From contig NMRA01000233.1 of NCBI GenBank assembly GCA_002633005.1, forward strand, positions 62,001-126,000: a stretch of DNA of 64,000 nt, read 5' to 3'. Source of the stretch: Phoronis australis (lineage: Eukaryota; Animalia; Phoronida). Position 1 is the stretch's first letter. Each line of letters begins with the position of its first letter. This document shows positions 53,341 through 64,000 of this stretch, one piece after another. The position numbers were made by a program, and so were the translations under genes. Under the pieces are notes generated by a model. The model ran no database searches, was not told the origin of the DNA, and saw only the letters and a list, made by a program, of their open reading frames with translations.

Positions 53341-54577
53341 CTAGTCTTGGTACAAAGCTGTATACTAAATATACAGCTTTGCACCGATGTGGGTAAAAAA
53401 GTGGTAAGATAAAATCTGACCCGAAATTAGTGTCATTAAAAACTACAGTCATCCTTGAGTAAACTAAAATATTTAACGGTGTTGGAAAAAATACCGTTAT
53501 TCTGCCGCTAAAGTTGTGGAGCGATCTTTAGCGATGGCTTTCGGCGCCATGAAATATTTCATCACCTATTGCAGGCCTTTATTCAGCGTATGTCCTAGCA
53601 CTAATCTGGAGGCCCTGGCAAGGAGGCCCAGTGTATCATTTGGACACCCACTGTCAATACGGACCTTTCAAGTTTGGACTCACACACTGTAATGAATACT
53701 AGGAAGCCTCTGAAGGCTCACAGTGGGGGCTCTTTTTTCAAAGCAGGAAGAAATATACAATGTATATACAAAGTATAGGCATTGTTGCTATTTTGACACT
53801 TGATTGACAGCATTGTAATAGTCTTGGTCTACACAGTTTTTTTAGTAAAAATGCTCACCATAGAACTAGAAGGCTGTTTTATAAACTTAGATGTAAAAGC
53901 CTTGATCTATGCATTTTTTGTAAAAAAATCTGTGTGTTTGGGGGTATTGCTGGGGGTGGGGGGTTACGCGTCGGAATCATGGATGCCCTGGAATATTGGG
54001 AACCCCATTTTGGACACCCTATTTTCAAAATCCTGGATAAAGGCCTGACCTATTGGCCAGTTTCTTTTCTCGCCGATTCTTCAATCAAATGTTGTTCTTT
54101 CACGAGGTTGCGTATACGTCACAACAAATTATCAGAACTGGTTTCACTTCGTTATAAGTTTTTAGAATTTTGATACCGAAAAACTGAATTTCAGAAGAAA
54201 TTTTGCTGCTGCCAAGCTATCATCATCTCCCAAGAGATGTCGCAAGAATTTAGGAAATGGCTCGTGCGCGTGACACGAGCGTACTGTTTTCAAAACGACG
54301 ACATACTTTTCATTGTTAGAAAAGGCGGAGAGTTATGCTAGAAAATGACGTTTATTGCATTGTTTTTCACTTAAACGGCTATAATGGGCAAGGTGAGTGC
54401 CGGTTGATTCCCAGATTTTGCATGCACCCCGTCCGGTCTTTAGCTTTAAATGTTGATACAAGTTTCACGATGAGGTGACGAGCAAAACTACCCTGGCTGT
54501 GCAATTTCGGGGTCTATGGAAAAAAAACACACAGTGGTACTTAGCTGTATTTTGACAATAGTCTTCATACAGCTAGC
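53341..54577. mobile_element. Non-autonomous interspersed element with terminal hairpins (Helitron/Helentron-like), interrupted by a hAT insertion
   Basis: Colinear with 61689-62430 once 53572-54055 is removed. Terminal palindromes are caaagctgtata-ctaaa-tatacagctttg and agctgtat...atacagct. Confidence 0.7.
53572..54047. mobile_element. 476-bp non-autonomous hAT-type element
   Basis: TIRs caggcctttattcag / ctggataaaggcctg, with a perfect 8-bp TSD acctattg at 53564-53571 and 54048-54055. The paralogous repeat copy shows the empty site at ~61911. Confidence 0.9.
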
Positions 54578-54993
54578 TGGCTGGCTAACTCATGCCTACC
54601 CTTTGACACACTGCCACCTGGTGACCTACTGTCTGAAAAGTGGCCCTGTGGAAACAGGATGAATGACACGTGTGTGGTCAATGTGCATGCCTTGATTGGA
54701 ATTATACTGATCACATAGCCACCAAATGCACATGCCTTTAATATGCACTGTACTTGTTTTGGGCTTAAGCTGTTGGATTGGAGTTCCCTCGATTTTGTTC
54801 CATCTCTGCCCGTTTTAATAAAATGCAACTACTCACGTCAAAGGTGGTCGCCATACTTGATAACTGAAAACTGAAAAGTGTTTCCCAATTTTCAACCAAT
54901 GGAAATGACTGAATGTTATGATGTCGCTTTCATTACTTTAACCAATGAGAAGCCATATTATACAACATTCAACAGTTTTACCACTGTGAAAGC

Positions 54994-55846
54994 TAGGCTC
55001 GCGCAAACCACTCGCCAGCTTGCCATTGGCGAATTTTGAGCGGCACTGGTGATGGTAGAGCTAAGTCCATTTGCCAATTTCGCGAATGCTTTTGCAGCTT
55101 GACAATAAAAATTAATTTCGGGAAACCTACTCACCGCCGACTCACAGACAGCTCGAATCAAGTCGCGCCGCAAACAGAATTCTTACTTCGATGTCAAGTC
55201 CTAAAATGGCAAGTGAATGTTCCATTTCATGTCCGATACTCCCCCTGAAATTATTCTTTTGCCGCAACGAAATGTTATAAACTGTAAAGTGGGGGGGGGG
55301 GCAGTGCTCTTGGTAATGGCAATTTCTCGCTTCATAGCGAGATCTCATATCATTGGTCAGGACTATTTCGGTGGTGACCAAAAGAAAGCAAGATAGAGGA
55401 AATGTTACTTAATAAATTTTATATTCACTACTCTGCATAATTTAGCTTTAATTTGCAAGCCATAAGTTATGTTAATGTTTTTGGATCTAAATGTCTTGTT
55501 CATCAAAATGCCTACGAGGCAGGGGTATCCCCACCGTAACCCGGGGCTAGGGTGGAATCCCTAATTTTTAAGGTCAATGAAATGCGTAACTCGGGAATAG
55601 GGGCAAAACCACTGTTTAATTTTTTGGGTCAACATCAATGAAATGGCCATGTGGTTGGCGTACACCTGCTGTAACCCGGGAATAGGGGAGAGCCCCTACC
55701 CATTTTTTGGTGAACCTCATGCCCATGTGGCTGGCATACCCACCTCCCGGAGAAAGTGTTTAGCTAATAATTTTTGAAAATGGCTAAAAGTTTTCAGATG
55801 CTTAAGCCATTTTGGCTAATACTTTTAAAAGTCTAGTGCGAGCCTA
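54994..55846. mobile_element. Non-autonomous hAT-like element
   Basis: TIRs taggctcgc / gcgagccta with subterminal ccactcgcca and tggcta motifs. The TSD is degenerate. Confidence 0.6.
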
Positions 55847-56419
55847 GGAAAGAGTGTAGCTCATGCTAGTTCACTGAACAAAAAGTCCATGGGACATAAA
55901 TCCTACATATTCCTTTGGGTATATGTTCACGTGCTACTTTTTGCATGTGTCAATTGAAATACTTTCTGGTTATCGCACATGGTAAAAAAGTTATCGGTGA
56001 CAAAAAAATAGAGAAGCTATTCTTTGCCAAGCCCATCTTAATTCTTGTACACTTGCTTCGCGGATATGTATAGAACCAGAGAGGATCGCTGAAGAAAGTA
56101 ACATATTTAAGTGAGATAGCACATAAGCAGATGCGGAATACTGCAGTCTTAAAGTGAATTTATTGTAGTCAATGTGTTGTGCCATAAGCTACAGAGGATA
56201 TGGTCACTAAGTGAAACTATGGGAGACTTTCAGGAAGCAATGGGGGTTGACCACGTGGGCTGGTGACTCATATCGCCACCTATCTGAACCAGAAATTAAA
56301 GGCGAAGGCAACCTTTTTTCATGTCATTTTGAGCTAAAATAAGGTTGCTTGGTTATCCTAGACATATTTTCCACTTTATTACAGCTTTTCGTAATTTTGT
56401 TAATTACTCGTCCGCTATT

Positions 56420-56458
56420 CCGGAAGTGACGTTTTAGGAGGCAAGCATTTCCCGCCAA
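56420..56458 (+). promoter_or_regulatory. Probable core promoter of the AMBRA1-like gene
   Basis: A composite ETS/CRE ccggaagtgacgt at 56420-56432 and an E2F-like tttcccgccaa at 56448-56458 are followed by CpG-containing sequence. Confidence 0.5.
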
Positions 56459-56642
56459 TTTCTTTTCATATAGTCTGACTGTGAGAGTTGCCGAGTCAGT
56501 CATTGTTCTACCTCGGTTGTGTTAAGTTACGTCGTCGTTTGCTTTCATTTACTAGTCAGTCAACATGCCACACTGTTGCTGCGTACCGGGATGTACTAAT
56601 TATCGTCTCACGCGCGCTTTGGGAGTACCTTAGCATCGCTTT

Positions 56643-57031
56643 NNNNNNNNNNNNNNNNNNNNNNNNNNNNNNNNNNNNNNNNNNNNNNNNNNNNNNNNNN
56701 NNNNNNNNNNNNNNNNNNNNNNNNNNNNNNNNNNNNNNNNNNNNNNNNNNNNNNNNNNNNNNNNNNNNNNNNNNNNNNNNNNNNNNNNNNNNNNNNNNNN
56801 NNNNNNNNNNNNNNNNNNNNNNNNNNNNNNNNNNNNNNNNNNNNNNNNNNNNNNNNNNNNNNNNNNNNNNNNNNNNNNNNNNNNNNNNNNNNNNNNNNNN
56901 NNNNNNNNNNNNNNNNNNNNNNNNNNNNNNNNNNNNNNNNNNNNNNNNNNNNNNNNNNNNNNNNNNNNNNNNNNNNNNNNNNNNNNNNNNNNNNNNNNNN
57001 NNNNNNNNNNNNNNNNNNNNNNNNNNNNNNN
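56643..57031. other. Assembly gap
   Basis: Run of N bases. Confidence 1.
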
Positions 57032-57169
57032 GTCGTGAAGAACAGTAAGGCCGTACCTGCATGAATGAAGTCAATTTTGAGATCCGAAATTTGTGAGCAT
57101 TTAACGCTGCAGGTAAGAGCATAATCTAAACATTTTCTCGATGATCTAAAAAATCTATTTTGGCGCGTT

Positions 57170-57292
57170 AAAATGGCGGGAAAATTTTGCGACCTGGCAT
57201 TTACGAATGCGAGCTGGATTTTGAAAATGCGACCTGGGATTTTGGCTAGGTCGCAAAATGCGACCTGGCGATTTTAATAGCGTCGAGCCCTG
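57170..57292. mobile_element. One end of a hAT-like element; the other end is probably in the gap
   Basis: Repeated subterminal tgcgacctgg motifs end in gtcgagccctg (a CAGGGCTCGAC-type terminus). Confidence 0.55.
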
Positions 57293-58271
57293 GATGAGAT
57301 AAATTTTGAACCAAACAGAATTTTCTTTATTGAAGATACATTTTCACTTCAGTACTTTTAAACGGTTGACATCAAGAATATTTCCATGACCATATTCCTA
57401 GGCGGTTTCTGACATGACCTGGCTGTGAAAATGTGCCTGACATTCCAAAACAAGGCACGCGCTTTCTTATCTGCGGGAAAAAGAAGAGTTGTATCTCCAT
57501 GCGTGTAACACTGGACGGACCTATTCAGTGTTGCTATCTAGTTCTGTTGTCAGAGTGTTAGTGCCCCTCATGGGTAACCTATCAACTGATAGTTGTCGCC
57601 GGGACTTGGGGATATATTTTGTGTGAAAATATACCGAACAAAGTGTGAGGTCGCATCGGCAAACTATAGGTTCCCAAACGGAGCCCTTATTTTATCGTCT
57701 TAAAAATAATGTTCTTATTGAGTTCTGTCTCTAAAACTAGGAAAGTTTGTGAAATTTTTCACTGACAGTAATGTTGATCATTAAAGACAATAGCTAATTT
57801 CACCTCATTTGCTCAAACCTCTGTTTTTAGTAGCGCAAACATTTAGTGGAGCTGGACTCTCTGAAGTCGATCTGTCACTAACTATGGGAAGCTTGCTGTT
57901 ACACTGAAAACACTGGAGTCTTCTTTCGGCTCAATGAATAATGGTGTGATTGAATCGATTTATAGCTGTCGGTTTAGTTAGGGCAAAAAACATAGTTGAT
58001 TGTGGTCTCTAACCCTACCGCATCAATTTCATCCAAGATCTTGCTTGGTTTTTAGAAAAGTTGTTCAAAGGCATTAGGCAAGGGTTGAAATGCCATGATC
58101 TGCATTATTTTTATGGATCTCTGGTGGATTTTCTCTTTTGGAAGAGTAAGCAACCAAAAAATACTTCATCACCAATTCTAGGTTCAAGAAAATATATTGT
58201 AACCAACTATGCTTTCTTGGCATCATATTACGTCCAGTTTCTTGACATGTCAGTCGTTCAACAGGTTTAAC

Positions 58272-61200
58272 ATGGCTACAAGGAGGGGGAAGAGAAGGGG
58301 CTTACTTAGTTTTCTTGAGCATCGCCAAATTTATCAGCATCACGTGCCCTACGTGACGGAGGACATCTTGAAACTTGTGGAGTATAAGGCAGCTAACCCT
58401 CACGGGAATAAGGTAAGTCGACTGTTCTCATTCTGCGTTTAAGGCATTATTGTACTTTGTGAAGACATCTTTGGGCATTGAACAATTCGCTTTAAGATCA
58501 GGACCCTCAGACACTCACATAGGGGAAAGGTGCTTATGTGCTTATGCCTTCTGGGAATTTTTTTAATGGGGGATACACTCCCTTGTTGTATTGAACTGAG
58601 AAATCAGATGAAGGAGTGTCTTTGAAGAATAAATACTATGTGTACATCCCTACAGGCCACAAATGCCATAAAGTATGTTGCAGTAAAAATTCTTCCATTT
58701 GGGACAATGACAATTTAACTATATTGCTCACGATTGGAACTGGTTCCAAATTTTAGATATAGATAATGTTGACTTTTGCAAATTTAAGGTGGATATTTTC
58801 AACGTTTATTGAACTGCTTGAAAATATTTTTTGACCTTTTTGATACAAAATGCCATATCCTATCTTTGAGAAATATGATGGATGCCAAAAGTTCCTCATG
58901 TCTCAATTTTCAGAATCCAGGAAATTGAATTTAGGCTTGGTTGAATATCGGTGCCCCAAATTTTAGAGACTCCCAAACTGGTGATTCCGGTACTTCACAT
59001 TCTGTTCATGTTTCAAAGCCTCACTATGAAGTGGAATTGAGAGGGGTTCTAACTTCTGAGAGCAATTATTTGTCTCTCAAGACGAGGATAATTTTCGTGA
59101 TTTTTAAATGTTATTCAGAGGCAAATAAATCCGATATTCAATCCGATATTTCAAGCTCCGTGGAAATTTTGTTGAAAAACAGTAGAGATCATGATGAGGA
59201 TGTAGCCAATGGGCTTTACTCGAGATACAAAGAGTCTTGTTTTGTACAGCAAAGAATCAGTCAGCTTTGTACTTCTTTGATAGGGCAGAGTGTTTGGCGT
59301 ACATTAAGTGTCATTTTGCCAGAAATTGACTACTGGTACAAGTTATGACCACAGCCTGTCTATAGTTTTCTATCACAGTCCTGTCAACTCTCTTCCCCCA
59401 CTACCAAACACTAGATGAAAACAAGAAACAATCGTTATGTCTAAAACTCTGGACCTAGATACTAACTAGTACTGCCTTATACACCATAAAACAGTGATGG
59501 GAAGTGAACGCTGAGCCTGGATTTTCATAATGTTTTTTATATATCATAAAGTTGTGGAGGGTTGGAGTTTGATGTTATATATTGGGTATTGCTAGTCTGT
59601 GTGTGTTTGGGGTGCAGGTCTGGGGATGAGACAATGTCAGGTGTTTGCTGGTGAGAGGCCTGCAGTTGAGACTGCTGAGGGTGACGGACTGTCTTAATTT
59701 TTGTTATCAAATGTGAACAGCTTTAAAAATTGTGACAGATATACACTGGCACTTCCTTATTACATTTCTTTACACTAATGTTTCCGCTCTTCCATGTTCA
59801 ACTTCCATCCATCGCTAATTCTGAGAAATTCAGTTTTCAAGACATTGATTTTGGGGGTGTATATCGGACCATGCAATTCCCCTCTGAAAATATTTAAACA
59901 TCACACAAAATTCCCCTCATGAGGTCCAGACATCTATTCAAGTGATCAAAAAGTCTCCTTGTTCGAATCACCTGTAACTCACACAGGTGACGGTTTGAAA
60001 CTGCACAAAATGTTTGTTTGGGCTGATGATATGGGTGGGGGGAAAGGGGGTAGAATTTTCTAAAACTTTCCATCTCAGAAGGCACAGGCCCCATCAAATG
60101 AATGACGCACTGCACTACTTTCACAATTTGGAGCGTAGATTTTTAGTGTCCGTCTATGGTTTAGTTACACTGCCATAGTGCGCTCTAGGAGAAAACAAAG
60201 TCTGATCATTTTTCTAAAGTCACTTTACAGTTATTTTTTGTTGTTGGCTGATAATGTGCTTTTGGACCAATCTGTGAATCGTCGAACCTAACAGGTTGAA
60301 TTATGACGATTCGTTATCAAGAGATTAATTGTAGAGTTGGACTTGCTTCGTTTATTGTTTTCTCGTGACACGTATCTCATTATGTGGCCATTGTACATTA
60401 ACATTTCTACTGTTAGTTTGTTGTCTCTTTATGTAAATTCAGTGGACACTGTTTCAATTATCCGCCTATCATTTGCTCAATGAAAAACAGTTCATCATCC
60501 AATCCAACGCAGCTTTTGTTTCTCCCCATTCCTGAAATGTCCTCTGGTCACTCAATTATTGACATCTGGCCAAAGTTGACCTCTGGCAAAAGTTGACCTC
60601 TGGCCAACTGACCCAGGTTGGCAGTGTTGTCCCTGAATAACCAGATGACCTCTTCATTATTTTACACGCTGATGAACTTGTATACTTCTGTTGACTTGCC
60701 ATGTGCTATCTTCTTTGAAGTATGGCACTTTGTCTTTCACGCTTGCCTTGAACTGAGCTTTAGTAGCTACAGTGTGATAGATAGCTCAGAGACAATTTAT
60801 GCATGGTCAGAAGTAAAATGCTCATCAATTTACATAATTTGACATGGATGTGTTTCTTTCTTCATAAAATGTAAGCAACACCAAATAAAGGCTTTATCGT
60901 TTTTTGAAATCAGTTAGACAAGGTTTTGAGAAATTTTGCACATTCACGTCATTGTTAGAAGCTTTTCTAGACTATTTTTGTCCCAGAAATAGTCGCAATT
61001 TAATCATGAAGTACTGCTGCCCAAAGGTTGCCTTGAATAAGCAATTGGTGGCTCTGTCAAAGTGAAAGTGCTACATACTAGTACTAGTAGTTTACAACGC
61101 TCTCTTTTCTTTGTATTTACTTTGTTTGCTTTTAGCAGAATTCAAGCAAAGAAGAGATTGTTTGAGTTTATTTAGGCCAAAGCCGTGATGTTTTATGATC

Positions 61201-63520
61201 CATATTCTATTGAAAGCAAAAATATTGTACACGAATTTGAAAGTTTGAATATGACATAATTTATATTTTTATTTGTGAGATACCCATCCTTTGAGTAATT
61301 ATCGTAGGTATAAAAAATCGTAACAGGGTCACATAGTAGCCTTAATTATTGAATCTGTATCCATGTTAACAAAAGTCAAGAGGTGAAAGTGCATGACCCC
61401 ACTGGTTGTCTCTTTGTTAAAATGAATGTCTGTCATGTATTTTAATCGACTCTGTACTCACCAGGGATATACCCAGGTCTCAAAACCCCACTCGCCAGAC
61501 TCGCCCAGTCCAAACTTCAGTCGCCCGGTTATTTCACGTTGGTCATCACGAACTTGCTGCCAATGTCAATAAAAACAATTGTATCGTGCATTGATGTCCC
61601 CATCTACTAGGGCTAGTATCCCTTTTAGAAAATGCAGAATTCCTACCAAGAAACTTTCGACGTCGATGAATTCCCAGCAACGCAAGATGTAGCCTTGGCA
61701 CAAAGCTGTATACTAATATGCAGCTTCTCGCGGATGTGGGTAAAAAATGACCAGATAAAATTTGACACAAAATGAGTGTTATTAAAAACTTTTGAGTACA
61801 CTAAATTATTTACCGTTGATGAAAAATGGCGTTCTATTGTTCTTCTGCTGCTAAAATTGCAGCACATTCTTATGCTTTCCAGGCCATGAAATATTGCATC
61901 ACCCTGACTCACCCATTGGCCAATTTCTTTTTTCGCTGATTCTTCAATCAACTGTTGTTGTTTCACAAGGTTGTGTACCCGTCACAACAAATTATTGGAA
62001 CTGGTTTCACTTCATTATTAGTTTTTAATATTTTAATACCAGCAAATTTTGCTGCTTCAAAGCTGTCATCATCTCCCGAGAGATGTCGCAAAACTTTAGG
62101 AAATGGCGCGTGCGCGTGTCACGAGCATACTGTTGTGAAAATGATGAAATACTCTCCCTTGTTACAAGAAACGGAAAATTACGCAAGAAAATGACGTTTA
62201 TTAGATTGTTCTTCACTTAAACTGGTGTAACTGGCAAGGTGATTGTCGGTTGGCTTCAAAATTTTGCACGCACCTTCGCCGGCCTTTAGCTCTACTTGTT
62301 GAAACTAGTTTTCCCGGCGAGGTGACGAGCAGAACTACCCTGACTGTGTGCACTTTCAAGGTCTGCCATAGCTCATCACACAGTGGTACCTAGCTAGGCT
62401 GTATTTTGACAATAGTCTTCATACAGCTAGGTGGCTGACTGGCTACGCAAGACGATACGTCATCCAACATAGTAACTACATTTTAATTAAATTGCATGCT
62501 GCCGGTTTTCTCCTTTTTGCCTTCTCTTGTTTTTCTCATAATCTGCGTAATTGTTCTTTTTTTCCGCCATAGTTTACTTAGAAGGGGGGGGACGTGAACT
62601 TTCTCTAAAAACGTCACATGGTTCTGCTTGACAAATGAAAATGAGCCCACCCAAGACGATAGCAGGTGCGCTAGTCGTGCACAACTCAACATGCGTATCA
62701 CGATTCTGCCTTGTGTGTGGACTAGAACAGTTTTCAAGGGTTGGGGTACTCATTTTCTTGCTAGGGGCCACACCGAGTAATATTGGGCTGTACTGTACTG
62801 CTAAATCACATGGCTGGACCAAAACAGAAAAAAAGCCTATGCACCTGGAAATCTTACGGCAGCACCAAATAGACTATATAATCAATCTAGCTAAAAATTG
62901 CAATATTTTATTTTGCTGATAACGATAATATAGGGACAATCAATGTATTTACATGTGATTTCAATGTTATTATTTATTAAGTAATCTTAGCTAAAAGTAC
63001 ACTGTACAATAAGAAATCAGTTCCAAGAAATATGGCAATTCACTTGTGAGCACATGGACCCTCCTTTCCCCCCTTTTTCTTCATTTCTAGTAATTCCTTT
63101 GTACACAACCACACACTGTGACATTTTGTATACAGTAGACAAGACACAACGGTGAACATCTACTGAATCGGTAGGAGCTCACTGTGTTGATGTTTTTTAC
63201 TGCCTTAGCATCGAGACGCGGATCAAAATTAACCTTAAAAACAGCTTAGAGAAGAGATGATTTATTTATTTTCACCTGGGAAATAATAAAAGCGTTTATT
63301 GCGCTCTGGAAATTCGCTCGCCACCTGGGCGACTGACAAGTGAACTTCACAATTTTTACTCGCATTGGCGACGGGGCGAGTGGCTAAGTATATTCCTGCT
63401 CACTGTTCAATACCATTATAAAAACAATTTGTCATTTAGAAGCTTATCTTAATACTTTCAGGCATGTGAGTTATCCGGCCAAACGCGATCAACTTTCCTA
63501 ACAGTATCAAGTGCTGATGG
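58272..63520 (+). CDS. AMBRA1: AMBRA1-like WD40 DCAF, 5' partial (first two coding exons; continues beyond the window)
   Basis: Exons 58272-58412 and 63462-63520 splice to MATRRGKRRGLLSFLEHRQIYQHHVPYVTEDILKLVEYKAANPHGNK-ACELSGQTRSTFLTVSSADG. This resembles the AMBRA1 N-terminus (H-box-like helix, ELVEDK...ELPDSPRSTFLLAFSPD). Confidence 0.7.
61462..63398. mobile_element. 1.9-kb non-autonomous DNA transposon with a 5-bp TSD
   Basis: TIRs cagggatatac / gtatattcctg (10 of 11 match), TSD ctcac at 61457-61461 and 63399-63403, and subterminal ctcgcc/ggcgag repeats at both ends. Confidence 0.75.
61689..62430. mobile_element. Second, uninterrupted copy of the hairpin-ended element, nested in the 61462-63398 transposon
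   Basis: Colinear with 53341-54577, with the same termini caaagctgtata... and ...tcttcatacagctag. Confidence 0.75.
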
Positions 63521-64000
63521 GTGAGTTAGATCACAGTTGCATATCTTCATTATGGTTATTTAAATAAGACATTGTTTTTTATTTTTGGATTTTATGTTTT
63601 GGATTTTGAAACACCTGGAATTATTTTGTTTGTGGGAACTGTGAGTAAATGTTATTGTGTTTTAATCATTTCATCTTCAAATGCTTAACCGTATCATTGT
63701 ATTTATTTAAAATCATTGCATTAGTCTGACATCACAATGCACAGTCTGTAGCCTTCAAAATTAAAGTATGCTATTAATTAAAAGTTAGTTTTGCCTAAAA
63801 ATAGTGGTAAAAATTGTGAGATTTCTTTTTATCAAAGCAAGTTATCCTGTTTCATAAAACATGTCCAGTTTATTTAAAAATGGCATTTTAAACAGTGCCT
63901 GCCTATAATTAAACAAAATTTCCTTTGGTTTTTAATTTTAGGAAGTAGAATTCCTTTTTTGTCCATCAAGATGTGGGTGAGATAGACCAATAATCGGAAT

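Noticed and set aside
56488-57122. The two longest ORFs in the track (186 and 188 aa)
   Set aside because: They are artefacts of translating through the N gap.
57994-58027. CTAACCCTA (telomerase-template-like) in the loop of a small hairpin
   Set aside because: No recognisable pseudoknot, CR4/5 or H/ACA domain nearby. A 9-mer is expected by chance in 64 kb.
58941-59348. 135-aa ORF in the AMBRA1-like intron
   Set aside because: No recognisable domain, and the flanking AMBRA1-like exons join in frame without it; probably repeat-derived.

Overview
AT-rich, intron-rich animal genomic DNA, probably a marine invertebrate (a deuterostome such as a hemichordate is a guess from gene structure and repeat types). 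The short ORFs in the track are mostly exon fragments or noise. Splicing GT-AG exons by hand gives five complete genes and one partial gene in strictly alternating orientation: a short DFFA/ICAD-like gene (-), PEX14 (+), LRRC34 (-), CSTF1 (+), an uncharacterised RGG + TROVE-like + vWA (Ro60/TEP1-related) gene (-), and the 5' part of an AMBRA1-like gene (+). Introns and intergenic DNA carry non-autonomous DNA transposons (several with TIRs and TSDs, some nested), tRNA-derived SINE heads and minisatellites, and there is an N gap at 56643-57031. The most notable signals are: (1) the divergent Ro60-like TROVE-vWA protein with an N-terminal RGG box; (2) DFFA-PEX14 head-to-head linkage as in vertebrates; (3) a C-terminally shortened ICAD; (4) a triplicated splice acceptor in CSTF1; (5) candidate microexons in DFFA and LRRC34. 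All gene identities come from recalled family motifs, not database searches.
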